A stretch of 64,000 nucleotides of DNA from the NCBI GenBank assembly GCA_002688435.1, contig NZCW01000043.1, forward strand, positions 23,730 to 87,729, given 5' to 3'. Of the stretch, positions 19,241 through 28,505 are shown piece by piece. A model generated the notes under the pieces. That model made no database searches and was not told the origin of the DNA. It saw only the letters and a program-made list of their open reading frames with translations. This DNA is from Dehalococcoidales bacterium (GTDB lineage Bacteria > Chloroflexota > Dehalococcoidia > Dehalococcoidales > RBG-16-60-22). Made by a program: the position numbers and the translations under genes. Position 1 is the first letter of the stretch, and the number at the start of each line of letters is the position of its first letter.

Positions 19241-20398
19241 ATGAGAGTGGAATATTCGTATTTATTAAAACAGTTTGAGGTGAAAGAAGGCGAAGCGAAA
19301 GTCAAATACGTGGACCTGCCAAAGCAGGCAAATGTCGAGGCCATACTTACCGACATCAAAGAGATTCTGCTGAAGACAGGACAATTTACCCTCGGTCAGC
19401 CGGTGGCCGAGTTTGAAGCCGGGTTTGCCAAGCTATGTAAGACCAAGTATGCTGTGGGCCTTAACTCCGGGACGGACGCCCTTTTCCTTGCCTTGAAAGC
19501 CCTGAATATAGGCTCCGGAGATGAAGTTATTACCGCACCCAATAGCTTCTTCGCCACGGCTGCGGTAATCGCCATTGCCGGAGCAAAACCGGTCTTCGTT
19601 GATGTCAATAACGAATACAATATCGATGCCGAGCTGATAGAGCGGGCCATAACCCATCGGACAAAAGCGATTTTGCCGGTACATTTAACCGGCAACCCTG
19701 CCGATATGCCAAGGATAATAAATATTGCCCGACGGCATGACTTGCACATCATCGAAGACGCCGCTCAGGCGGTCAGCGCCACCATTGACGGGCAACCGAC
19801 CGGCTCCTTCGGCATTGCCGGAGGCTTCAGCTTCCACCCTCTGAAGAATCTTAACGTGTGGGGAGACGGGGGCATTACGACCACGAATTCCAGAGAACTA
19901 TCCGATAGGATCAGGTTACTGAGAAACCACGGCTTGAAAACCCGGGATGAGATTGAGGTTTTCGCCTATAACAGCCGGCTGGATACCCTGCAGGCTATCG
20001 TGGCCAATCGGTTATTAAACGCCCTGGATGCCATAACCGATGCCAGGATAAAGAACGCCAAAACGTATGATGACGGCCTGTCCGACTTAACAGACCATAT
20101 TACCCTGCCACCCAGAAAGAGTAACGTAAAGCAGGTCTACCATACCTACGTAATATTAGCCAAGGAGAGGAATAAGCTAGGTACTTATCTGGCCGAGAAG
20201 GGAATAGAAACCAAAGTCCATTACCCGATACCCCTGCACCTACAGCCGGCCAGCAAATACCTAGGACATCAGGAAGGAGATTTCCCGGTATGCGAAGCCC
20301 AGGCAAAGTCTATTTTAACGCTGCCGGTCCACCAGCACCTAGCGGATGACCAGGTAGCCTACGTGATTGATAGCATCAGGAAATTCTACCGGAAATAA
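19241..20398 (+). CDS. DegT/DnrJ/EryC1/StrS-family PLP-dependent nucleotide-sugar aminotransferase
   Basis: 385 aa. Family-typical motifs include GQFTLGQPVAEFE, HLTGNPADM and FSFHPLKNL (PLP lysine region). Confidence 0.85.
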   Translation: MRVEYSYLLKQFEVKEGEAKVKYVDLPKQANVEAILTDIKEILLKTGQFTLGQPVAEFEAGFAKLCKTKYAVGLNSGTDALFLALKALNIGSGDEVITAPNSFFATAAVIAIAGAKPVFVDVNNEYNIDAELIERAITHRTKAILPVHLTGNPADMPRIINIARRHDLHIIEDAAQAVSATIDGQPTGSFGIAGGFSFHPLKNLNVWGDGGITTTNSRELSDRIRLLRNHGLKTRDEIEVFAYNSRLDTLQAIVANRLLNALDAITDARIKNAKTYDDGLSDLTDHITLPPRKSNVKQVYHTYVILAKERNKLGTYLAEKGIETKVHYPIPLHLQPASKYLGHQEGDFPVCEAQAKSILTLPVHQHLADDQVAYVIDSIRKFYRK

Positions 20399-20447
20399 AG
20401 ACTAAAATGACAGTAGGGAAGGCTATCGGGAAATAAGTCTTAATCTC

Positions 20448-21446
20448 ATGGGTGACATGCAGAAATATGTGGTCATTGGCAGCAATTGTTTTTCCGGAAG
20501 CGCCCTGGTGGATGAACTTCTGGCCGACCCCTCCAATTTTGTCGTCGGTATCAGCCGGTCCCCGGAGAAGAGCCGACTTTATCTACCGTACAAGGCGCGT
20601 GAGACGGAGAATTTTGAGTTCCACCAGCTTAACCTGGTAAGTCAGCCTGACGAGTTAATTTCGCTGCTTGATAAAATCAAGCCCGCCTATATCATCAATT
20701 ACGCCGCTCTCAGCGAGGTCTTCATCAGTAACCAGAGTCCGCTGGACTACTTCAATATAAATACTACCGCCGTGGTCAACCTCTGTAACCAGCTCAGGAC
20801 CAGAGATTACCTCAAATATTATGTCCATATCTCTTCCGCCGAGATTTACGGGCCCTGTGACCGACCGGTTCCGGAGTCAGCGCCGCTCAATCCAACCACC
20901 GCCTATGCCGTCTCCAAAGCGGCGACGGATTTATATCTACTCACCGCCTTCAAACATTTTGGCTTCCCGGTTATCATCATCCGCTCGACCAATGTTTACG
21001 GTAAGCACCAGCAACTCTTTAAAATCATTCCCAGAACGGCTATCTATTTAACGGAAGGGAAGAAGATAGAGCTGCACGGCGGGGGCAAGGTAATAAGGGT
21101 GTTTATTCACATTCGCGATGTGTCCCAAGGTATCATCAAGGCAATACAGCAGGGCCAGCCGGGCAACATCTACCACTTTGCTACCGACAACCTACTCTCC
21201 ATCGCCGAAGTCGTTGAGAAGATGTGCCGGATAATGGGTCATGACTTCAAGGCATCCACCACCATCATTGAAGCGAGACCGGGGCAAGACTCACAATATC
21301 TACTGGACTATGCCAAGTCAAAAACTGAACTGGGCTGGTCTCCCCAGGTGTCGTTCGATGAGGGACTGAGCGAAGTTACCTCATGGGTAAGGGATAACTG
21401 GGATAAGATTTCACGTGAAACCCACACTTATACCCACAAAGTATAA
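20448..21446 (+). CDS. NDP-sugar 4,6-dehydratase/epimerase (RmlB-like extended SDR)
   Basis: 332 aa. It has GSNCFSGS (variant GxxGxxG), a YAVSKAATD catalytic YxxxK, and SSAEIYG. Confidence 0.75.
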   Translation: MGDMQKYVVIGSNCFSGSALVDELLADPSNFVVGISRSPEKSRLYLPYKARETENFEFHQLNLVSQPDELISLLDKIKPAYIINYAALSEVFISNQSPLDYFNINTTAVVNLCNQLRTRDYLKYYVHISSAEIYGPCDRPVPESAPLNPTTAYAVSKAATDLYLLTAFKHFGFPVIIIRSTNVYGKHQQLFKIIPRTAIYLTEGKKIELHGGGKVIRVFIHIRDVSQGIIKAIQQGQPGNIYHFATDNLLSIAEVVEKMCRIMGHDFKASTTIIEARPGQDSQYLLDYAKSKTELGWSPQVSFDEGLSEVTSWVRDNWDKISRETHTYTHKV

Positions 21447-21462
21447 GATAGATTCGGGTATT

Positions 21463-22848
21463 TTAAAAACCTTTTCCCTTCCAAGGAAGCAAAACAGAAA
21501 CAACTTTTCCGCGAGTCCGCCTCAGCTTCTCAAAACCGAATCTAACTAACCTTGCATAACCAGACAAGCCATTCACTCTGGCATGCAAGAAGTAGATTTC
21601 TCTAGCTATTCGGTACATCTCAGAGACGCTCATAGCACCGGTATAGTATAGGCGCTCCTGGTCAGTAAGGAAAAAGCTGTCATCAGCTAAACCCTCATCT
21701 TTTGCTTGCTGCCAGAGTACCGTACCCGGGAAAAGCGTCATATTAGTAGTATCCAAATAAGTAGGCCTGGTCTTCTTTATCAGATTTTTTGTTTCCGCAA
21801 TGGTGTCCCTAGTTTCCCCAGGCGCCCCAACTATCACGTTAAAGTGCGCCTTTATACCCACTTTCTTACACCAGGCAAAGGCATTTACTACATCTTCAAT
21901 TTTTTCTTTTTTATCGAGGTTTTTAAGAATAGTAGGTGAACCTGACTCAACTCCGAATCCTAATACTACACAGCCAGCCTCTCTCATTAGCTCCAGCATT
22001 TCAAGAGAAACGCTGTCTGCCCTGCTCGATGCCCTCCATGTAATATGCAGGCCACGGTTTAATATTCCTTGGCAAAATTCCTTGAATCGTACCTTATTTA
22101 AAGTGGGGATATCATCCACGAGACAGGCTGCCTCATACCCATACTGTGATACGAGCCATTCAATCTCGTCAAGAACATTACCAATAGAGCGATATCGCCA
22201 GTTTCCCCATACTGAGTGAGAAGAACAGAAAGTGCAGGAAAAGGGACATCCCCTAGAGGTTATAACAGAGGCCACTGACTTTCCTTTCCAGTACTCATTC
22301 ACATCTCTATACTTTTTCAAATCAAGGTCGTCATAATTAGGAAAGGGCAGGCCATCTAAATCTCTGATCGGCCCCCTTTCTTCAGTTACCACTATTTCGC
22401 CATTTTGCCGATAGACAATTCCTTTGACTTTACACAAATCAGCACCGTTGCTGAGAGCTTGAAACAGTTCCACTATCGTTGTCTCGCCCTCACCCCGGCA
22501 AATTATATCCACAGCCGGATAGTTCTCCATGATTTGCTGGTACATTATAGTGGCATGGACTCCACCTAGAATGGTTTTAACCCATGGATTAATCTCCTTG
22601 ACAATAGCTACCGCCCTCAGAGCATTAATCCGGACATCGGTAAAAGTAGTAATTCCCACGATTTCTGGAGATTCGGCGTGCATAATTTCCCTCATGCTCT
22701 CAATCTTCGAGTCACCCATATCCACAACCTTTACCTCTGTGAAACCTTCTTTGAGCAGGCAAGCTTTGAGATAACCCAGGCCAATAGGAGGCATAGTATG
22801 CGACGGCCAACCACTTGCCATCTTTGGGCTTATCAACAGGGTTTTCAT
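21463..22848 (-). CDS. B12-binding-domain radical SAM enzyme (second copy)
   Basis: It has the CPFSCTFC motif and an N-terminal B12-binding-like domain. I prefer the ATG at 22848 (MKTLLISPKM), preceded by GAGGAAG 6 nt upstream, to the track start at 22899. Confidence 0.75.
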   Translation of the reverse strand: MKTLLISPKMASGWPSHTMPPIGLGYLKACLLKEGFTEVKVVDMGDSKIESMREIMHAESPEIVGITTFTDVRINALRAVAIVKEINPWVKTILGGVHATIMYQQIMENYPAVDIICRGEGETTIVELFQALSNGADLCKVKGIVYRQNGEIVVTEERGPIRDLDGLPFPNYDDLDLKKYRDVNEYWKGKSVASVITSRGCPFSCTFCSSHSVWGNWRYRSIGNVLDEIEWLVSQYGYEAACLVDDIPTLNKVRFKEFCQGILNRGLHITWRASSRADSVSLEMLELMREAGCVVLGFGVESGSPTILKNLDKKEKIEDVVNAFAWCKKVGIKAHFNVIVGAPGETRDTIAETKNLIKKTRPTYLDTTNMTLFPGTVLWQQAKDEGLADDSFFLTDQERLYYTGAMSVSEMYRIAREIYFLHARVNGLSGYARLVRFGFEKLRRTRGKVVSVLLPWKGKGF

Positions 22849-23022
22849 TTCAATCTTCCTCTTGACCAGTATCGGGTAAACTATTTTTTTAAAATTCAAT
22901 TAATCGTGGGGATTAGCTTTGAAACGAGTTTCGCACATTCCTATTTTAGGTTTTATTTGCATCTGGTTGACACCACCTTTTAATAGCATTTAGCCCGGTG
23001 CTAATATCATGTTTTACCTCTT

Positions 23023-23784
23023 TCACATAGATTTATTGTGCGCTGTCTGTTTAACTGCGTAGTATCGGTTAAAATAACGGTCCTTGTAGAGTATTACATC
23101 ATCCCTGCCATTAAAATACTCGTCTACCGCTTTTTTACACCCTGGCAATATGTCGGTGTTATGGTAGGCATCAAGAGACACAACACCACCGGTTTGAACT
23201 TTGGGCCAGAGGCAATGTAAGGCTGTTTTATATGATTCGTACAAATCCGGGTCCAGATGTAGAAAAGCGATAGCATCGCCTCTATACGCTGGTAAAGTAT
23301 CCTCAAACCAACCTTTAACGAGCGTTATCTTTTGACTAATGAAATACTTATCAAAGCCGAATTTGGCTACTGTAACTTTAGCAGTTTCCTCTTTAATATT
23401 AATACCACCCTTTGATTTTACGGAATATAACGGGTCAGCCGTAGCCAAGTCCTCTTTCGTTATGTGCGGTAGCCCACTAAAGGAATCGAAGCCCCATATA
23501 TGCCGCAGGGTTGAGTCCTCGGTTAGCAGTAAAGCCAATTGGGCCAAACTAACCCCCCATGCTACGCCACATTCCACAATATCCCCAGGCACTTCCCTTA
23601 TTAAGTTGAATAATCTTTGAAAGTATAATGTCTGGTTTATCCAATGCCGGTTGACTGTTAGCTGGTCGGTAGTAACTACCTTCATGCCAAATACGGCTCC
23701 CAGGAATCTGTTTACCCCGTTGGACAAGCCTCGCAAAACGCTAACCTCATCGGTAAGTAGCCATGCCCAGTGTTTTTCTCTCAT
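23023..23784 (-). CDS. TylF/MycF-family (macrocin-O-methyltransferase-like) class I SAM methyltransferase
   Basis: 253 aa. The motifs GDIVECGVAWG and HLDPDLYESYKTAL...GGVVSLDAY are typical of TylF-family sugar O-methyltransferases. Confidence 0.75.
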   Translation of the reverse strand: MREKHWAWLLTDEVSVLRGLSNGVNRFLGAVFGMKVVTTDQLTVNRHWINQTLYFQRLFNLIREVPGDIVECGVAWGVSLAQLALLLTEDSTLRHIWGFDSFSGLPHITKEDLATADPLYSVKSKGGINIKEETAKVTVAKFGFDKYFISQKITLVKGWFEDTLPAYRGDAIAFLHLDPDLYESYKTALHCLWPKVQTGGVVSLDAYHNTDILPGCKKAVDEYFNGRDDVILYKDRYFNRYYAVKQTAHNKSM

Positions 23785-23999
23785 ATTTTCACCGTACTAT
23801 CTATCGAGGGGTGCCACTTGCCCGATTACACCGAGGGCAGCTCACGGGAGGGGTCAGCACCTGTGCCTAAGGTTCGGAAACCTTGTTTCTCCTGGCAGAG
23901 CCCGCCTACCTAGCACTATTTCCGGTTCCTATTTTAAAGGCCGCAATACCATCTCTACGGGGGTACTTTTACCGTTATATGTGGGTGGCTCACCCTTGG

Positions 24000-24028
24000 G
24001 AAGATAGCATTATTTTTCTGATTTGTCA
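24000..24028 (-). promoter_or_regulatory. Sigma70-type promoter (TTGACA, 17 nt spacer, TATCTT with TGc) for the TylF/rSAM transcription unit
   Basis: The reverse strand reads cTTGACAaatcagaaaaataatgcTATCTTcc. It implies a leader of about 210 nt before the ATG at 23784. Confidence 0.5.
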
Positions 24029-24073
24029 AGAGGTTTATCTCCCGGCTGGCCAGTTTTAAACATTTTTTAATGA

Positions 24074-26548
24074 CTATCTCCGTATCGGAGATACCTGCCG
24101 TTTGCCACCATTCTGGGCTTGAGCTATCTTCAGGCGGTGTTTTCTAAAGGTCAGAAAGACAATGAGATAGCACCCGGCGCCGATGAGCAGCGCTTCGGTA
24201 AAGCCAGAGCTTATGGCGATTACTATGGTGGCCACCGAGCCCAGCACGGAGCCGATGCCGTTAATGCCCCACATCCACGGTATGTATTCCTCCATCTTCA
24301 TCTCTTTGAGCATTCTTATACCCAGAGGAAAGGGGAATCCCATAAGAAAACCCAGCGGGGTTAAAGCGATAACCACGGCGAGCAGGCGGATGGCCAGAGG
24401 CAGTCCTAGGAGCTCATGGAAGATAAAGGGAAGGAGAAAAGTATAAATGGTCACCACCGCCGCAATAGATAGGGAGGCAATGGCTATCCCTCGGATTAGT
24501 CTGCCAGCCGCCAGGCGGCCACTATACAGACTGCCGGTGCCGGCACCCATCAGGATAGAAAAGAGCAGGACGGCCAAAGATAGTACCGGCTGGCCGAGAA
24601 AGAGCACGAACCTCTGGATGAGAGAAATTTCCACTAGCATGAATCCTACCCCCAGCATGGAAAATAAAACTATGGGGTGGAGTGGGCCTTGGCGAAAGTC
24701 CTTCCGGTTTCCCGAGCTCGTCTTTTCTTGGACGGGCCGCCACTTCCAGTATAAGGGCGGTCCTAGGAGCACTAGGAGCAGCATGACCAGCGACGACCAG
24801 AAGACCAGAGACACGGGCGACGGCAGACCCACATCAATTTTATAGAAGAACGGGCTGTTGTCGGTGACCGGACTGATATCAAAACCCGGCTCGTCAGCCA
24901 TCCTCTTCTCGATATCGTTGAAGGTTATCTGCCCGCGGGCTAGGGCGGTAAGCACTGGGTTGGTCATTCCCTCCGGCCCGAGGTGAGGGAAATAGGATAG
25001 AATTGGCTCATAGCCTAGCTGGCTCATTTTCTCGTGTCGTAGTAATGATTGCTCCGGCGTAAAGGGTGACTTCTTCAGCACGAACAGAGGATAGGTATCA
25101 GGAGAACTTAGGCCCAGTAGGTAAACCTGGTTCATGGCTGCGGCGTGGCTGATACCTCTTTCGCCGAGGGCGGCTAGCGAGATGGAAATCAGCTTCCATG
25201 TGGTAAAATCATCATGGCTCACCACTACCAGGCGCCCTTCGTCGGTCAGGTGCTCCAGATAGTCGTTGATGGATTCCGTGGTGAACAGAAAATTCTCGGT
25301 TAAGGAGTAACCTTCCAGGCTTCGGCTGGTCTGGGTAACTGGGAGGCTGAGCATAATAATGTCATACTTCACCTTCTGGCGTTTGAGGAAATTTCTCCCC
25401 TCGTCAACGACCACGTCAACATTCTCGAAGTCGGTATAGATGCCACCGTTAAACCAAGCATATTCCCGCACTATTTCTACCAGGTCTTTATTCACCTCGA
25501 CGGCGGTGATTTGTTTCACTCCTCCCGCCAGCGCCAGAAGGATATCCCGGCCACCTCCCGGTCCGATGACGAGGGCGTTGTTCCTTTCTTCTTTTGACAG
25601 GAAAAAGAAGGGGAAATACCCGGTGAAGTCGGCTTTCAGACTATCAATGGTAGGACTCGGCGTATTGAAGTCACCGCCGAATCGGTACATAGGGGAACCG
25701 GCGGTGCCGTCGATGTAGATTCTCATCAGGTCGGGGTAATCGCCGAACTCGACTAAATCAGTGCGGCCAAAGGCACTCCACCTCGTTTCGGTTATTTCCC
25801 CGGTGGAGGAAGCAGACCCATATAGGGCATGACGTATTTCCTTGACCGAACTGGTGGCGATAACGGGGATATCAGGTAAATAAGCTCCAACCAGATTGGC
25901 CCCCAGCAGAGCGGATACTATCAGGAGGCTGGCCGTCGGTATTATCGCCCGCTTGGTGTTTCTCCCCAGTACCTTCACTGTGAAAAGCAGTGCGGCCATG
26001 CCCGCTGCTAGGCCGAGGAATAAACTGGTGTTTATCCCGCCGATGGCATCCAGGAGGAAAATGACTCCGAGGGAGCCAATCGCAGCGCCCACTAGGTCGG
26101 CGCCATAGGCTAGGGCACTGATGGCGGGAAACATGCGGAAGACCTCGGCTAGGAGTATGCCGGTAAGGAAGAAAAGGATAAATGAAAGGAGGCAGTAGAG
26201 CAGGATATTGTCCCGGAGGCTCTCTACGTAGCCGAGCTGAATCATGAGGATTACGGAAAGAGGTATCGACAGTGAAATCAGGCCGGCCAGTAGGGCTAGG
26301 GAGCCAAACCGCTCATTCCCGGCAGGTACCCGCGGTCGGAAAAAGTGAACGAAGATGCCGCCGGCTCCCAGTCCCAGCAAGGCCAGAGAGACCACGGCGA
26401 AGACATAGTGGTAGAGGAGCATTACCGAAAGGAGTCGAGTGAGGGTTATTTCAAAGGCGAGTAGGCTGAGTGAAACGAGAAAAATACCGGCCAGCAAAAG
26501 CCACAATGTCCCTCTGGTCAGGTGATCATTTTCTTGCTCTGGGAACAT
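24074..26548 (-). CDS. Polytopic membrane protein fused to a spermidine-synthase-like (class I SAM/aminopropyl-transferase fold) domain
   Basis: 824 aa. About 8 N-terminal and 5 C-terminal hydrophobic helices flank a central domain with VIGPGGGRDILLALAGGVKQITAVEVN (spermine/spermidine synthase-type nucleotide-binding motif). Confidence 0.7.
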   Translation of the reverse strand: MFPEQENDHLTRGTLWLLLAGIFLVSLSLLAFEITLTRLLSVMLLYHYVFAVVSLALLGLGAGGIFVHFFRPRVPAGNERFGSLALLAGLISLSIPLSVILMIQLGYVESLRDNILLYCLLSFILFFLTGILLAEVFRMFPAISALAYGADLVGAAIGSLGVIFLLDAIGGINTSLFLGLAAGMAALLFTVKVLGRNTKRAIIPTASLLIVSALLGANLVGAYLPDIPVIATSSVKEIRHALYGSASSTGEITETRWSAFGRTDLVEFGDYPDLMRIYIDGTAGSPMYRFGGDFNTPSPTIDSLKADFTGYFPFFFLSKEERNNALVIGPGGGRDILLALAGGVKQITAVEVNKDLVEIVREYAWFNGGIYTDFENVDVVVDEGRNFLKRQKVKYDIIMLSLPVTQTSRSLEGYSLTENFLFTTESINDYLEHLTDEGRLVVVSHDDFTTWKLISISLAALGERGISHAAAMNQVYLLGLSSPDTYPLFVLKKSPFTPEQSLLRHEKMSQLGYEPILSYFPHLGPEGMTNPVLTALARGQITFNDIEKRMADEPGFDISPVTDNSPFFYKIDVGLPSPVSLVFWSSLVMLLLVLLGPPLYWKWRPVQEKTSSGNRKDFRQGPLHPIVLFSMLGVGFMLVEISLIQRFVLFLGQPVLSLAVLLFSILMGAGTGSLYSGRLAAGRLIRGIAIASLSIAAVVTIYTFLLPFIFHELLGLPLAIRLLAVVIALTPLGFLMGFPFPLGIRMLKEMKMEEYIPWMWGINGIGSVLGSVATIVIAISSGFTEALLIGAGCYLIVFLTFRKHRLKIAQAQNGGKRQVSPIRR

Positions 26549-26572
26549 GGCCTTCTCTTTATTCTCCGGGGT

Positions 26573-28492
26573 CTAGAGCTGGCAGGCGATGCGAAAGCCA
26601 TCAGCGATAGCATCGCGTATTGTCCGTGGTTCAGAACAATCGCCAATGAGATGGACCTCGGGTACCTTTCCCTCAAATTCTTGGTATAGCTTATTGTTGG
26701 AAGTTGACCCTGCGGCTAGGACAATGTTATCGGCGGCAATAGTCTTCTTCTCTCCTTCCTTAGTGGTGACCACTAGGCCGTCCGGGGTAACTTGCTGGTA
26801 GGTAATCCCGGGGAGTAGGGTAACACCCTCTTGCCGCAGTCTATCCAGGGAAAAAGCTCTCAGGGAAGGCTTTACCCCCAGCGCTATTTCCGGGCTCCGG
26901 CGGGTGATGGTAACCTTCTTTCCTTTTTGCGCCAAAAACTCGGCCGTCTCGCAACCGACCAGCTCTCCGCCAATGACGACCACTCGGTTCCCCACTGCTA
27001 CCCGGTTCGCCAGGACGTCCGTAGCGTGGACAGGATGGGCTTGGTTCAGTCCGGGAATCTCCGGGGTGAAGGTAGTTACGCCGGTAGCCAGAACAACGGC
27101 CTGTGGATCAATCTGCTCGACCAGCACGGTGGTGACTTCTGTCCCTAGGTTGATTTCAACGCCAAGCTTTTTTACCTGTGTTTTTAGGTATTCCGCCAGA
27201 GGTTTGATTCTGTCTTTATGCGGTGAGACGGTGGCGGTGAGTAACTGGCCGCCTAGCACAGGTTCCTTCTCGTAAAGGATTACCCGATGGCCTCTCAGAG
27301 CGGCTACACGGGTGGCTTCCATGCCCGCCGGACCACCGCCGACAACGAGGACCTTCCTCGGCCTTTTGGCCGGGGTAATTTTATATTCGGCTTCTTTGCC
27401 CAGCGCGGCGTTGGCGGAGCACCTGATGCCGGCGATTGTCGTGGAACGCAGGTCATCTCGGCAGCCCATGCAGACGATACATGGGGTAATATCTTCACGC
27501 CGGCCGGAGGCTACTTTGTCGGGAAATTCCGGGTCGGCCAAGAGCGTCTTCCCGATGGCGATAAGGTCCGCCTTGCCCTCTTTTAGAATCCTTTCTCCGG
27601 CCTCGGGAGAGATTCGGCCCACGGCGATTACCGGTACGGAGACTGCTTTTTTAATCTCGGTGGCCAGATCTTCGATGACGGCGGGTCGGAAGGCAGGAGA
27701 AGTAAGGTTAACCGGTGAGGTGGGTCCAAAGGCGGAAACGTGGACGGCATTAATACCAGCCTCCTGGGCCATTCGGGCCGTCTCCTGCGCTTCCTTCAGT
27801 GTTGTTCCTTCTTCTACCCCGTATTCCTGGCCGTTGATGCGGCACCAGACGGGATAATCTCTGCCCGCTGCTTCTTTCACCGCCTTGATTATTTCAATAA
27901 GGAACCTTACCCGGTTGGTTAGGTCACCTCCGTAAATGTCCTGCCGTCGGTTGGAGGCGCGGGACAAGAACTGGTCAATGAGGTAGCCGTGTGCTCCGTG
28001 GATTTCCACACCGTTAAATCCGGCTTTCCTAGCCCTGATGGCAGCTCGGGCGAAGTAGGTAACGATTTGGGCTATCTCCTCAATGGTGAGTTCTCGGGGT
28101 ACTTCACCGCCGGGGATGGCCAGTGGCGATGGGGCCACCGAGGGCATTCCGGTCAGCTCTGATTTGGCCGTCCGGCCGCCGTGATGTAGTTGGATGGCGG
28201 CCTTGGCGTCGTGGCGGTGGATCACTTGGACCAGTTCACCCAGGCCGGGAATAAACCCGTCATCGCTGATACCCAGCTGGTTAGGGAAAGCATGCCCGTA
28301 CGGGTGGATATAGGTGGCCTCTACGATGAGTAGGGCCGCGCCGCCGCGGGCTCGCGCTTCGTAGTAGTTCCGGGTGCGCTCGGTGACGAACCCGTTTTCG
28401 CTGCCGTACCGGGTTACCATCGGAGGCATCACTATCCGGTTTTTAAGATCCATCTGCCCCAGCCGAAACGGCTCCCAAAGGCGTCTTTTCAG
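26573..28492 (-). CDS. Old-yellow-enzyme-type NADH:flavin oxidoreductase fused to an FAD/NAD(P)-binding domain (2,4-dienoyl-CoA-reductase-like)
   Basis: An OYE TIM-barrel N-terminus (LKNRIVMPPM) is followed by a Cys cluster (CIVCMGC...C) and VVGGGPAGMEAT. The first ATG is at 28453. The conserved LWEPFRLG extends upstream to an in-frame CTG at 28492-28490, 8 nt after GGAGG. The start is therefore uncertain (28453 or 28492). Confidence 0.8.
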   Translation of the reverse strand: MKRRLWEPFRLGQMDLKNRIVMPPMVTRYGSENGFVTERTRNYYEARARGGAALLIVEATYIHPYGHAFPNQLGISDDGFIPGLGELVQVIHRHDAKAAIQLHHGGRTAKSELTGMPSVAPSPLAIPGGEVPRELTIEEIAQIVTYFARAAIRARKAGFNGVEIHGAHGYLIDQFLSRASNRRQDIYGGDLTNRVRFLIEIIKAVKEAAGRDYPVWCRINGQEYGVEEGTTLKEAQETARMAQEAGINAVHVSAFGPTSPVNLTSPAFRPAVIEDLATEIKKAVSVPVIAVGRISPEAGERILKEGKADLIAIGKTLLADPEFPDKVASGRREDITPCIVCMGCRDDLRSTTIAGIRCSANAALGKEAEYKITPAKRPRKVLVVGGGPAGMEATRVAALRGHRVILYEKEPVLGGQLLTATVSPHKDRIKPLAEYLKTQVKKLGVEINLGTEVTTVLVEQIDPQAVVLATGVTTFTPEIPGLNQAHPVHATDVLANRVAVGNRVVVIGGELVGCETAEFLAQKGKKVTITRRSPEIALGVKPSLRAFSLDRLRQEGVTLLPGITYQQVTPDGLVVTTKEGEKKTIAADNIVLAAGSTSNNKLYQEFEGKVPEVHLIGDCSEPRTIRDAIADGFRIACQL

Positions 28493-28505
28493 TACTTTTA
28501 CCTCC

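Noticed and set aside
23785-24005. Cobalamin riboswitch or SRP (4.5S) RNA in the leader upstream of the TylF gene
   Set aside because: Fragments such as GCCAGGAGA and GGUGCUGAC resemble parts of the B12 box and of the 4.5S RNA. However, the core elements are absent: GGGAA…GGUGxAAxUCC…GCCACUG for cobalamin, and GGUCCGGAAGGAAGCAGCC for SRP. It is kept only as an unassigned structured leader.
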